Below, piece after piece: positions 19,953 through 29,034 of a stretch of DNA of 64,000 bases. The position numbers were made by a program, and so were the translations under genes. Each line of letters starts with the position of its first letter. Positions within the stretch are counted from its first letter, which is position 1. Origin of the DNA: an uncultured virus (IMG/VR IMGVR_UViG_3300020430_001078) (lineage: Duplodnaviria; Heunggongvirae; Uroviricota; Caudoviricetes); the IMG/VR virus record IMGVR_UViG_3300020430_001078; one strand, given 5' to 3'. The notes below the pieces were generated by a model. That model was not told the DNA's origin. It saw only the letters and a program-made list of their open reading frames with translations, and did no database searches.

Positions 19953-20665
19953 TGGGACTACACACAGGCGATCTTAATCATTTAGTATATGATGTATTTG
20001 AAATAGATTCATACAAATCTAAAATGGGCGATGACAAAAATATTGTTGTAATGAGCCTTTCAGCAAAAACAAAAGAGTCAGCAAATGACTTGATGAACTT
20101 TTTAGAAAAAGGATACAGTTTTATCCTTGATGCAGATGTAACATCAGGTGAACAAGCAGATGGAACTTACAAAGTATTTGTTGAACTTGAAAGAAACAAA
20201 GAAATACCTGATCAAATTGTAGAAATTATTGACGGCGTAAAAAAATTAGCTGACTTAGACGATATGCGTTTTAGATATTACAAGAGTTTTAAAAGCAAAC
20301 CAGTTGATGTAAATTCAGTAAATGAAACAGTTCCGTTAGACAATGACGCATATGATATTAGAGTCAACGAAAGCAATATGGAAAACTATAAAAACTTTTT
20401 TAATAAAAGTTACTTAGAGGACATATTTGTTGTTAACGAAAATTTATACATCAAGAAGAAATACGCAGATACTTTAGTGTTTGAAATCAAAGATTTTGGT
20501 AAAACAGAAGATGTGCATAAGCAAATACAAGAAAACTTCAATGTCAATTCTTTTGCTGAAATAATTTTCCTCACTAAATATTTAGGAGATTACAATATAT
20601 CCAAATACGGAGATAAAACACTCATCGAAAACAACGGATATACTGTTGTTACATTAAGGAAATAG
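19952..20665 (+). CDS. Hypothetical phage protein
   Basis: 237 aa, TAATG coupled. Confidence 0.7.
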   Translation: MGLHTGDLNHLVYDVFEIDSYKSKMGDDKNIVVMSLSAKTKESANDLMNFLEKGYSFILDADVTSGEQADGTYKVFVELERNKEIPDQIVEIIDGVKKLADLDDMRFRYYKSFKSKPVDVNSVNETVPLDNDAYDIRVNESNMENYKNFFNKSYLEDIFVVNENLYIKKKYADTLVFEIKDFGKTEDVHKQIQENFNVNSFAEIIFLTKYLGDYNISKYGDKTLIENNGYTVVTLRK

Positions 20666-20668
20666 TTT

Positions 20669-21178
20669 ATGGAATCAAATTATCAAAAATGCCTAGAAAC
20701 AATTCTACATCACGAAGGTGGATATGTTAATCACCCAAAAGATCCAGGGGGCGAAACTAACTTAGGTGTTACAAAAAGAGTTTACGAAGAATGGGGCGGA
20801 ACCAAAGACATGAAAGACTTAACTGTTGAAGATGTTGCTCCTATTTACAAAAAGAATTATTGGGACAAGATGAAGGGTGACGATTTACCAGGTGGATTAG
20901 ACTTATGTGTATTTGACTTTGGTGTTAATGCAGGCCCAGGACGTTCAGCAAAATACTTACAAACAATGATTGGTACAGTTGCTGACGGTGGCATTGGTCC
21001 TAATACTTTACAAAAGGTTGCTGAGTATGTTGAAGCAAACGGCATTGAGACAACGATTGAAAACTTCCAAGCAAACAGACAACGATATTACGAAAAGTTA
21101 AGTACTTTTGATACGTTTGGACGTGGTTGGACTCGAAGAGTTGACGAAACAACAGAATTAGCAAAAACAATGATATGA
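20669..21178 (+). CDS. Endolysin, glycoside hydrolase family 108
   Basis: HEGGYVNHPKDPGGETNLGVT, FDFGVNAG, FGRGWTRR. Confidence 0.92.
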   Translation: MESNYQKCLETILHHEGGYVNHPKDPGGETNLGVTKRVYEEWGGTKDMKDLTVEDVAPIYKKNYWDKMKGDDLPGGLDLCVFDFGVNAGPGRSAKYLQTMIGTVADGGIGPNTLQKVAEYVEANGIETTIENFQANRQRYYEKLSTFDTFGRGWTRRVDETTELAKTMI

Positions 21179-21315
21179 TTAAAGTCTGCCAGAACTGTGG
21201 TAGAGCTCATGAGGGCAGATTAATCGAAGAGTTCAAGGACGGTGATAACAAACCAATTGAGATAGTGGTTTGCGAACATCCACGTTACGAGGAAGAAGAT
21301 GGAAAAAGTAGTTAA
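21175..21315 (+). CDS. Small Cys/His protein (46 aa, not in ORF track)
   Basis: MIKVCQNCGRAH...VCEH; ATGA overlap with lysin stop. Confidence 0.55.
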   Translation: MIKVCQNCGRAHEGRLIEEFKDGDNKPIEIVVCEHPRYEEEDGKSS

Positions 21316-21523
21316 AGCAATAGCAGAACATTTAGACGTTGATGCGTCTAAGGTCGTACCAGGAGCATCTTTGATAGATGATTTAGGTGCTGACGACTTT
21401 GATATCGTTGAGCTTACCATTGCGATACAAGAAGCAACAGGTACAAGCATTTCAAGTGAAGAAGAAGCTAACGTAAAAACAGTTGGCGACTTTATTAAAT
21501 TGGTGGAGAGCAAAAGTGTTTAG
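21299..21523 (+). CDS. Acyl carrier protein homolog lacking the phosphopantetheine Ser
   Basis: IAEHLDV, ASLIDDLGADDFDIVEL, ISSEEEANVKTVGD; canonical GADSLD reads GADDFD. Confidence 0.85.
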   Translation: MEKVVKAIAEHLDVDASKVVPGASLIDDLGADDFDIVELTIAIQEATGTSISSEEEANVKTVGDFIKLVESKSV

Positions 21524-22001
21524 TTCTATAAAAATTGCAATAGTATTAATGATGTTAGCAGGTGCTGGCGGAGGATTTATGTATGTTAAAAATCTAAAAG
21601 CAGACTTGGCTACATCAGAAGCAAATAATCTTAAATTGGAACAAAGTATAGATAGTCAGAAAGCTGTGATTGAACAGATGAAAGCAGACTTTGAAGCAAT
21701 AACCAAGATTAAAGCAGAAATAGAAAAACAAAATAGTATCCTGAAAGCAGAGTTTCAGGCTTTGGATAAAAAATTCAATAAAATAAACGGAAAAGGCGAA
21801 GTACGTGATATGGGTGATCTCGCAACGAAGAGGCCATCATCAGTTGAAAAGATAATTAATAAAGGAAGTAACAATGCAATGAGATGTAGCGAAATTGCAA
21901 TGGGAAGTCCATTAACGGAGAAAGAGAAAAATGCAACTAAGAAGTCTGAAATCAATTCTGAGTGTCCTAGTCTTGCTAACCCTAACTACGTTCCTCACTA
22001 G
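21516..22001 (+). CDS. Inner-membrane spanin (Rz-like)
   Basis: GTG start after GGAGAG; N-terminal TM helix then long coiled coil; next to lysin. Confidence 0.7.
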   Translation: MFSSIKIAIVLMMLAGAGGGFMYVKNLKADLATSEANNLKLEQSIDSQKAVIEQMKADFEAITKIKAEIEKQNSILKAEFQALDKKFNKINGKGEVRDMGDLATKRPSSVEKIINKGSNNAMRCSEIAMGSPLTEKEKNATKKSEINSECPSLANPNYVPH

Positions 22002-22308
22002 TTGCGGTACAGCAGTTAAGCAATTAGAGATTTTCAACACTGAAATCGACAGAGAACCTCTTGAACTTCCAGAACCACTAACTCCTAAATTAGAAGAACT
22101 TAAATGGACTATAATTACGTCTGACAATGCTGACGAAGTGTTCGAAAAACTTAAAGCAGGTGGCATAGATCCTGTGCTATTTGGCTTGACAGACGATGGC
22201 TATGAAGCACTAGCAAAGAATTTTGCACAAATACGTGCTTATATGCTACAACAAGACGAAATAATCAAATCATATAAAGAATATTACGAAGGTAAAGACA
22301 AGAAATAG
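21931..22308 (+). CDS. Outer-membrane spanin lipoprotein (Rz1-like)
   Basis: Lipobox FLTSC, Pro-rich segment, overlaps i-spanin 3' end. Confidence 0.7.
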   Translation: MQLRSLKSILSVLVLLTLTTFLTSCGTAVKQLEIFNTEIDREPLELPEPLTPKLEELKWTIITSDNADEVFEKLKAGGIDPVLFGLTDDGYEALAKNFAQIRAYMLQQDEIIKSYKEYYEGKDKK

Positions 22309-22342
22309 CTGATAAATACACATATAATCGAAAGGGAATTAT

Positions 22343-22591
22343 ATGTGGTTTTTCTTAGTTAAGTCAATTGTCGGTGCTGTTCTTGGACAGGCAACTAATG
22401 CCTGGTTCAAAAAGACCGCTATGGGTAAATGGTTCTATGGAAAGATGGAATCGTGGTACAACTGGGCGGCTGAAAGGTATGATCTTAAAATACTAACCGC
22501 TGAAGAAAAAACAATGCAAAAGTTTCCTGCATTGAAAAATAAATTAGATGCAATGGAATCCCGAATCAAGAAATTAGAAAAGAAAAAATAA
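22343..22591 (+). CDS. Hypothetical protein
   Basis: 82 aa, TAAATA upstream. Confidence 0.6.
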   Translation: MWFFLVKSIVGAVLGQATNAWFKKTAMGKWFYGKMESWYNWAAERYDLKILTAEEKTMQKFPALKNKLDAMESRIKKLEKKK

Positions 22592-22592
22592 T

Positions 22593-23030
22593 ATGTTTGA
22601 CCAATTAGGACTAGATTTAGCAGATGTACTTGCTCCGTGGATAGCTATCTTAATATCCCTGTCGGCAGTATTTTGGTTTAAAGACTTTGCAGTAAATTTA
22701 ATGAGTGGATTAAAGTTTAAATTTAATCCTGCATTTAATGAAGGTGATCATATCATACTAGATGGTGAAGATGCTATAATTGTAAGAATAGGATTGAGAG
22801 AAACTGTGTTTGGTGTGTATAGTGAAAAGGGTTATGTGTGGAGATTTATTTCAAACGATAGATTAAAATTACACAAACTAGAAAAGATTATCAATAAAGA
22901 TTTACATTTAGACAGTGATGCAGAAAAAGGACGTAGATTACAGGCAATGATCGATCAGGCACAGAACGATAAGATTAATAAGAATAAGATTGAAATTGAG
23001 AGAATGAAAAATGGAAAAAATAAAAGTTAA
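22593..23030 (+). CDS. MscS-like membrane protein (TM plus beta domain)
   Basis: FKDFAVNLMSG...FNEGDHI.LDG..A.IVRIGLRET. Confidence 0.6.
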   Translation: MFDQLGLDLADVLAPWIAILISLSAVFWFKDFAVNLMSGLKFKFNPAFNEGDHIILDGEDAIIVRIGLRETVFGVYSEKGYVWRFISNDRLKLHKLEKIINKDLHLDSDAEKGRRLQAMIDQAQNDKINKNKIEIERMKNGKNKS

Positions 23031-23331
23031 AGAAACTAGCACAGCAAAAGAATATGAATTAGACAAAGCCGATCTTGTTCCTGCATCAGGAGATGAAGCT
23101 GAAACTTGGTACAACAAGACAGCAGGAATAATGGACAAGTTTAGACTTATTCCAAGACTGATTATGATGGCTTACATCTATGCCTTTTATAGTGCAACAA
23201 CATGGTTTATGGCTTTGCCTGATCCAACAAATGCACAGGCGGCATTTATATCGACTATCGTTGGTGCTGGAGCGGCCTTCTTTGGTTTATATGTAGGTAA
23301 GCCAGGAGCGACTATCCCAGGAAAAAAATAA
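23011..23331 (+). CDS. Two-TM membrane protein, holin candidate
   Basis: Two hydrophobic helices, RLIPRL...WFMAL.DPT; end of lysis region. Confidence 0.55.
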   Translation: MEKIKVKETSTAKEYELDKADLVPASGDEAETWYNKTAGIMDKFRLIPRLIMMAYIYAFYSATTWFMALPDPTNAQAAFISTIVGAGAAFFGLYVGKPGATIPGKK

Positions 23332-23347
23332 TCGATAAGTAATAGTG

Positions 23348-23376
23348 TTGACCTTTAAACAAAAAGGTGTTATAGT
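23348..23376 (+). promoter_or_regulatory. Sigma70-type promoter
   Basis: TTGACC-17-TATAGT with extended TG; 6 nt before dnaJ ATG. Confidence 0.7.
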
Positions 23377-23382
23377 ACTATT

Positions 23383-24246
23383 ATGGATTATTATGAATCG
23401 TTAGGCGTTAATCGTAACGCATCACAAAAAGAGATAAAATCTGCTTTCCGCAAAAAAGCGGCACAACATCATCCTGACAAGGGTGGTGATCCTAACCAAT
23501 TCAAAGCAGTCAACGAAGCATACCAAACTTTATCCGACAGCAACAAAAGACAGATGTACGATCAATTTGGAACATCTGATCCACAACAAGCACAAATGAA
23601 TAGAAACCAGTCGTTCCATTTTAACATGGGCGATGGTGGATTTGAAGAAGTGTTTACAAACTTTTTTGGCAATGGATTTGGTGATCCATTTCAACGCAGA
23701 CAAAGACAGATGCGTAACCAAGACATCACAATAGCCGCGGACATCACATTAAAGGATATTGTAAATGGTAAAGAACTAATTGCCTCATATAGATTACCAA
23801 GTGGCAAAGAGCAAACTGTTACAATAAAAGTTCCAAAAGGTGTACGTCCAGGAGACACTATGAGATATGGTGGAATGGGTGGAGACAACATTAGCCAAAT
23901 GCCAAGAGGAGACTTGTATGTAAAAATAAGAGTCAAGAGAGACCCCGAGTATAGGGTAGATGGCATAAATTTATATATAGAGAGAACAGTAAACGTGTTC
24001 GATCTTATACTAGGCACAAACATTAGAGTAGATACTTTACATGGTAGACAATTAAGTGTAACAGTTCCTCCAGGCTCCAATCCAGGTACAACTTTCAGCA
24101 TAAGTGGACAAGGCTTACCAGATCAAAGGTCAGGTACAACGGGCAGTTTATTTGTAAAAGTAAATGCACGAACACCAAAAATTACAGATGAAAACAAAAG
24201 AGAGATATTAGCACGGATAAAAGATGAAACTGATTTATCATCCTAA
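23383..24246 (+). CDS. dnaJ: DnaJ/CbpA-type J-domain co-chaperone (no Zn finger)
   Basis: DYYESLGV, HPDK, G/F region, GDLYV C-terminal domain. Confidence 0.9.
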   Translation: MDYYESLGVNRNASQKEIKSAFRKKAAQHHPDKGGDPNQFKAVNEAYQTLSDSNKRQMYDQFGTSDPQQAQMNRNQSFHFNMGDGGFEEVFTNFFGNGFGDPFQRRQRQMRNQDITIAADITLKDIVNGKELIASYRLPSGKEQTVTIKVPKGVRPGDTMRYGGMGGDNISQMPRGDLYVKIRVKRDPEYRVDGINLYIERTVNVFDLILGTNIRVDTLHGRQLSVTVPPGSNPGTTFSISGQGLPDQRSGTTGSLFVKVNARTPKITDENKREILARIKDETDLSS

Positions 24247-24769
24247 CGACTGGTTAGACAAAAAGGTAGAACCTTTTGATTTTGAAAAGCATGATGCCAA
24301 AAAGGTTGAAGCTGACATGATATCAATCATGGAAAAGAATCAAGGTGTAGGACTTGCGGCCAATCAAGTTGAACTTGATGCACAAATTTTTATTATTAAA
24401 CCAAACGGATTAAAGGATTATGAAGATGAAAAACCTTTTGCAATCATCAATCCGAAAATTACTGCGGTAAGTGAGGAGATGGTTGACGGTGAAGAAGGTT
24501 GTTTAAGTTTTCCGTTGTTATACTTTAAGGTAAAAAGACCAGTTGGTTTGGTAACTGAATGTCTTGACTCTAGCGGAAAAGAGTGTACAATAGAGTTAAC
24601 AGGTTGGAATGCTAGAATCTTTGGTCATGAATATGATCATCTATACGGAATCAACTACATAGATAGGGTAAGTAAACTTAAACTAGATATGGCTAAAAGA
24701 AAACAACAAAAGTTAATGAAGAGAATTGAAAGACAAGTAAAGGATACACAGTTATATGGTAGAACCTAG
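24224..24769 (+). CDS. def: Peptide deformylase
   Basis: GVGLAANQV, EGCLSFP, HEYDHL. Confidence 0.95.
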   Translation: MKLIYHPNDWLDKKVEPFDFEKHDAKKVEADMISIMEKNQGVGLAANQVELDAQIFIIKPNGLKDYEDEKPFAIINPKITAVSEEMVDGEEGCLSFPLLYFKVKRPVGLVTECLDSSGKECTIELTGWNARIFGHEYDHLYGINYIDRVSKLKLDMAKRKQQKLMKRIERQVKDTQLYGRT

Positions 24770-27017
24770 TGAACAGTTACAATTAGTATTTGATAAAGCA
24801 GTTGATGTAGCTAAGAAGCTACAACACGAATACGTTACTATTGAGCATTTGCTCTTTGCCATGCTATGCGAAGAAAGTTTTGCAAAGGTCATTGAGGGCT
24901 TTGGTGCTGATCCTGAATTCTTAAAAAAGAATATTGAAAACTATTTAAAAAAGCAAACTGAAAAAATACAATTACCGCCAGAAAAGTCAAAGAAATACAA
25001 GCCAAAGAAAACACACGCAGTTGAAAGAGTATTGAACAGAGCTTTCACTCAAGTATTGTTTAGTGGTAGAAGTCATATAGAATGTGCTGATGTATTCTTA
25101 AGCATAATGAATGAAAAGAAAAGCTGGAGTCACTATCATATCACAAAAGCTGATATTGACAAAGACAAGTTCCAAGACTACTTGCAGAATGAATTAGTAG
25201 AAAACTACGAAGATGAAGAAATGTCCGGTATGGCAACTAGAGCTTTACGTTCATTCACAACTAATTTAAATGCAGAAGTAGATAAAGGTAAAATTGATCC
25301 TGTAATAGGAAGACATCCTGAACTTGATTCTATTGCACTTGCTTTAGGAAGAAGAAGCAAGAACAACGTATTGCTAGTGGGTGATCCAGGTGTAGGTAAA
25401 ACTGCTATTGCAGAAGGCCTCGCCTGGAACATCGTACAAAAGTCATGCCCGGACTTCTTAATGGAGTATAGTGTTTACAACTTAGACATAGGAAGTATGT
25501 TAGCAGGTTCAAAATACAGAGGTGACTTTGAAGAAAGATTTAAACTGGTATTAGCCGCACTTAAAAAACGTGGCAAGACCATTGTGTTCATTGATGAAGC
25601 ACACATGATTAGTGGTGCAGGAGCAGGTGGCGGAAATAGTTCTAATGATTTAGCAAATATGTTGAAGCCTGTAATGACCAAAGGCAATATTAAAATTGTT
25701 GCTTCAACCACTTGGGAAGAATACAGAAAGTATTTTGAAAAAGACAGAGCATTGATGCGTAGATTTGCTAGAGTTACTATTGACGAGCCAAGCAAAGAAG
25801 TTACAAAAGAAATATTAATGGGCATCAAGAAGTATTACGAAGAGTTTCATAAGACAACTATTACTGAAGAAGCTATTTGTAGTGCAATTAAATTAAGTAT
25901 TAAGTACCAAGCAGATAAGAAACTGCCAGATAAAGCAATTGATTTGATTGATTGTGCTTGTTCTAGATTCAATCTAAAAAGTGATACTGAAAAGGTTGTA
26001 GGCGAAGACGAAATACAATTTGAAATAGCAAAAGCAGTAAACTTACCTGAAGCACAGGTTAAAGAAAAAGAAACAAGCAATCTTGCTAACCTAGAAAAGA
26101 ATCTTAAAGGCGAAGTGTATGGACAGGATAAAGCTATTGGCGAAATAGTTGATAAAATACTTGTTGCACAGGCAGGACTTAAAACTGAAAACAAACCCGT
26201 TGGGTCTTTTGTGTTCATGGGACCAACTGGAGTTGGTAAAACTGAAACTGCAAGACAACTTTCAAATCAGTTAGGTGTAAAACTTGTTAGATTTGATATG
26301 TCTGAATATCAAGAAAAACATTCAGTAGCTAAACTTATTGGATCTCCTCCAGGATACGTAGGCTTTGAAGAGAATGCAGGTTTATTGATTACAAAATTAC
26401 AAGAAAATCCTAATTGTGTATTGCTACTAGATGAGATTGAAAAGTCACATCCTGATGTTAGCTCGTTGTTGTTACAGATAATGGACAATGGTTTTGTAAC
26501 AGGATCAAATGGTAAAACTGCTGACTGTAGAAATATTGTTTTGATACTTACAACTAACTTAGGTTCACAAGAAGCAGACACAAATGCCATTGGGTTTGGT
26601 TCTTTAGATAAAGAATACGAAGATAAAGAACTTAAAAAATTCTTTCCACCAGAGTTTAGAAATAGACTTGATGGTATAATGACATTTAGTAAACTTGAAA
26701 AGAACACAATGATCAAGATTGTAGGCAAGTTTTTACTTGAACTTAAAAATATGCTAAAAGAAAAAGAAGTAGAAACTACAATATCTGATAGTGCTATTGA
26801 CTTATTAGTTGACAAAGGGTTTGATGCAAAGATGGGTGCTAGACCTTTACAACGTGTAATTGATAAAGAAATAAAAACCCCATTGTCTAAACAACTCTTG
26901 TTCGGTGATTTAAAAGAAGGTGGTAAATTAAACATAGATGTTAATGAAGAAACCTTTGTGTTAAATACGGTAAAAGTTAAGGAGCAAGAGAAAGTTGATC
27001 ACACGCAAAGCAAATAA
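24756..27017 (+). CDS. clpA: ClpA-like AAA+ unfoldase
   Basis: Clp N domain, GDPGVGKT and GPTGVGKT Walker A motifs, RFDMSEY, IGF ClpP-docking loop, no ClpB middle domain. Confidence 0.92.
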   Translation: MVEPSEQLQLVFDKAVDVAKKLQHEYVTIEHLLFAMLCEESFAKVIEGFGADPEFLKKNIENYLKKQTEKIQLPPEKSKKYKPKKTHAVERVLNRAFTQVLFSGRSHIECADVFLSIMNEKKSWSHYHITKADIDKDKFQDYLQNELVENYEDEEMSGMATRALRSFTTNLNAEVDKGKIDPVIGRHPELDSIALALGRRSKNNVLLVGDPGVGKTAIAEGLAWNIVQKSCPDFLMEYSVYNLDIGSMLAGSKYRGDFEERFKLVLAALKKRGKTIVFIDEAHMISGAGAGGGNSSNDLANMLKPVMTKGNIKIVASTTWEEYRKYFEKDRALMRRFARVTIDEPSKEVTKEILMGIKKYYEEFHKTTITEEAICSAIKLSIKYQADKKLPDKAIDLIDCACSRFNLKSDTEKVVGEDEIQFEIAKAVNLPEAQVKEKETSNLANLEKNLKGEVYGQDKAIGEIVDKILVAQAGLKTENKPVGSFVFMGPTGVGKTETARQLSNQLGVKLVRFDMSEYQEKHSVAKLIGSPPGYVGFEENAGLLITKLQENPNCVLLLDEIEKSHPDVSSLLLQIMDNGFVTGSNGKTADCRNIVLILTTNLGSQEADTNAIGFGSLDKEYEDKELKKFFPPEFRNRLDGIMTFSKLEKNTMIKIVGKFLLELKNMLKEKEVETTISDSAIDLLVDKGFDAKMGARPLQRVIDKEIKTPLSKQLLFGDLKEGGKLNIDVNEETFVLNTVKVKEQEKVDHTQSK

Positions 27018-27657
27018 ACTTTTCTGGGACAAGTACCTGTACAAGCTAGGTGTAATGAACACTGGAGCCTCCATCTTTAGGAATAAAAGGCTTGACCAAG
27101 CACGTGACATAATCGACAGCTTAAACCTACAATACATGAAAGGTGAACCAATAGGATATAAACCTTCTAGATGGTCACAAAAGAAAACAGATATATCTCA
27201 AAACGATTTACACGATCTAAAAATATTGATCAATGCTTTCCAAGATGATGTAGAATATATGCTAAGATGTGAGGGATTTAGATTAGGAATATATTCCAAC
27301 AATGCTAAATGGTTGAAAAGGATTGGCAAAAAACTTCATGATGTGCCATGGTTATGGGAGCCTAAAAATATTAATGCAAAAGCAAATATTATATATGTAG
27401 ATGAACCTTTTCCATATGAATACAAAGTGTTTCTGAATGGAACTGCTCACCCTAATTTTTATGACTGGTGCTTAAACAACAAGGACAAGGTACGGGTTGG
27501 AGATATGCTATTACGCAGTTTTAAATCCAGCAGTGAGCTACGTGGTAGGTATATGTATGCAAAAAACGAGAAGGTTTTGACCTTAATTAGAATGTTTTTA
27601 CACGATAATATCATACGTTTGGACAAGATAGTACATCAAACAAATACGGATAAATAA
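26995..27657 (+). CDS. Hypothetical protein
   Basis: 220 aa ORF, AAGGAG upstream. Confidence 0.65.
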   Translation: MITRKANKLFWDKYLYKLGVMNTGASIFRNKRLDQARDIIDSLNLQYMKGEPIGYKPSRWSQKKTDISQNDLHDLKILINAFQDDVEYMLRCEGFRLGIYSNNAKWLKRIGKKLHDVPWLWEPKNINAKANIIYVDEPFPYEYKVFLNGTAHPNFYDWCLNNKDKVRVGDMLLRSFKSSSELRGRYMYAKNEKVLTLIRMFLHDNIIRLDKIVHQTNTDK

Positions 27658-27661
27658 TAGT

Positions 27662-28000
27662 ATGTCCAGTTCAGAAATAATATTGACAAATCAAGTACAC
27701 GCAGGTGACTCTACTACAACTACGGTCACTGGTGAAAAGTTCAAAGGTGATGGCTTTTATGGTAGATCAGATGGCTTTCATACTGTGCAATACAACTTGT
27801 CAGATTTCAATGGTACAATTAAGATGCAAGGCACACTTGCAACGGAACCTGTAGAAGCTGATTACTTTGACATAGCAGGTACTGAATCACAAGGATCAAA
27901 CGGTAGTTTTTTCCACAATTTTACAGGTAACTTTGTATGGGTACGTGTGGTAGCAAACTTTACTAGCGGTACAATACAAAACGTTTTATTGAATCATTAG
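27662..28000 (+). CDS. Hypothetical late (probably virion) protein
   Basis: TAAATA 5 nt upstream; NFTGNFVWVR beta-rich. Confidence 0.65.
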   Translation: MSSSEIILTNQVHAGDSTTTTVTGEKFKGDGFYGRSDGFHTVQYNLSDFNGTIKMQGTLATEPVEADYFDIAGTESQGSNGSFFHNFTGNFVWVRVVANFTSGTIQNVLLNH

Positions 28001-28008
28001 GGTATATT

Positions 28009-28281
28009 ATGAAGCATTTTATTAATATAGTTTGGGAAAACAAGGACAAGGCAGAGCTAGATGAATATCTAGTAGATACTGTGTTGGATTCAGCAGATGA
28101 AGGACTTGTAGAAGATGAAACAAACTATGAAACATTTGACACTGAAAACGGTGGTGTGGTACTTGCAGTAGAGCTACACAAAGGCCTTGATGAAGCAGAA
28201 TCCAAGGTTGTAGCAGAGCGATTAGCTAATAAATTGTTTGATTTAGGGCATACAAACTTCGATATCGAAATTTCCGTCTAG
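28009..28281 (+). CDS. Hypothetical acidic protein
   Basis: 90 aa ORF. Confidence 0.6.
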   Translation: MKHFINIVWENKDKAELDEYLVDTVLDSADEGLVEDETNYETFDTENGGVVLAVELHKGLDEAESKVVAERLANKLFDLGHTNFDIEISV

Positions 28282-28321
28282 CTTTAAACTATGATAAATA
28301 CTCTTAGTATAGGAGTATTCT

Positions 28322-28696
28322 ATGTCTAAAACATTTAAAGATTATTTAAAAGAAACAGAGGAACAAAACCGCTGGGTTGAAGAAACATATGATGGTGATG
28401 ATTTCCACATCGCATATGGTGATATGTGGTTCAACGAAGATGAGATTGTAGACGAAGCTGAATACCAAGGGCGTAAAGTTAAACTTGGAAAGCCAATGCG
28501 TGGCGACGTCAAAAAGTTCAAAGTATACGTCAGAGATCCTAAAACAAAAAATATCAAAAAGGTAAACTTCGGTGATCCTAACATGAAGATTAAGAAGTCA
28601 AATCCTGCAAGACGCAGATCATTTAGAGCAAGACACAACTGCGATAATCCAGGTCCAAGAACAAAAGCAAGATATTGGAGTTGTCGCAAATGGTAA
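28322..28696 (+). CDS. Putative internal head protein, basic C-terminal module
   Basis: MSKTFKDYLKE N-terminus; EAEYQGRKV...SFRARHNC...ARYWSC. Confidence 0.7.
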   Translation: MSKTFKDYLKETEEQNRWVEETYDGDDFHIAYGDMWFNEDEIVDEAEYQGRKVKLGKPMRGDVKKFKVYVRDPKTKNIKKVNFGDPNMKIKKSNPARRRSFRARHNCDNPGPRTKARYWSCRKW

Positions 28697-29034
28697 AACT
28701 TGCAGAATTCATAGAACAGGAAAAACAAGAATTCAAACCGTTAGAGTTTGATGTTGTTGAGGATCTTTGCATACACATGAAGAACGATCCTATGTTCTAC
28801 AGAAAACAATATTACCCAACACTTGCACTTATGCAAGATAAATTAAAAAAGGGTGAACCTGTTGATCAACGTGAAATGCTAATGCCTATGATTGACAAGG
28901 CAAAAAGTCATTACTGTTCTAAGTATGATATTCCAAAGAGACCTGAAGACCTGTTAACTGACGATCAGTGTACAGCAGTAATAGAAAAAATCTACGAAGA
29001 GGAAATGGAGTTGATCAGAGATGGAGCCTATTAA
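28690..29034 (+). CDS. Hypothetical protein
   Basis: MVKLAEFIE start; DPMFYRKQYYP. Confidence 0.65.
   Translation: MVKLAEFIEQEKQEFKPLEFDVVEDLCIHMKNDPMFYRKQYYPTLALMQDKLKKGEPVDQREMLMPMIDKAKSHYCSKYDIPKRPEDLLTDDQCTAVIEKIYEEEMELIRDGAY

Noticed and set aside
24564..24591. Promoter-like TTGACT-16-TACAAT inside def
   Set aside because: Suboptimal spacing within coding sequence; it could drive clpA but cannot be told from chance.
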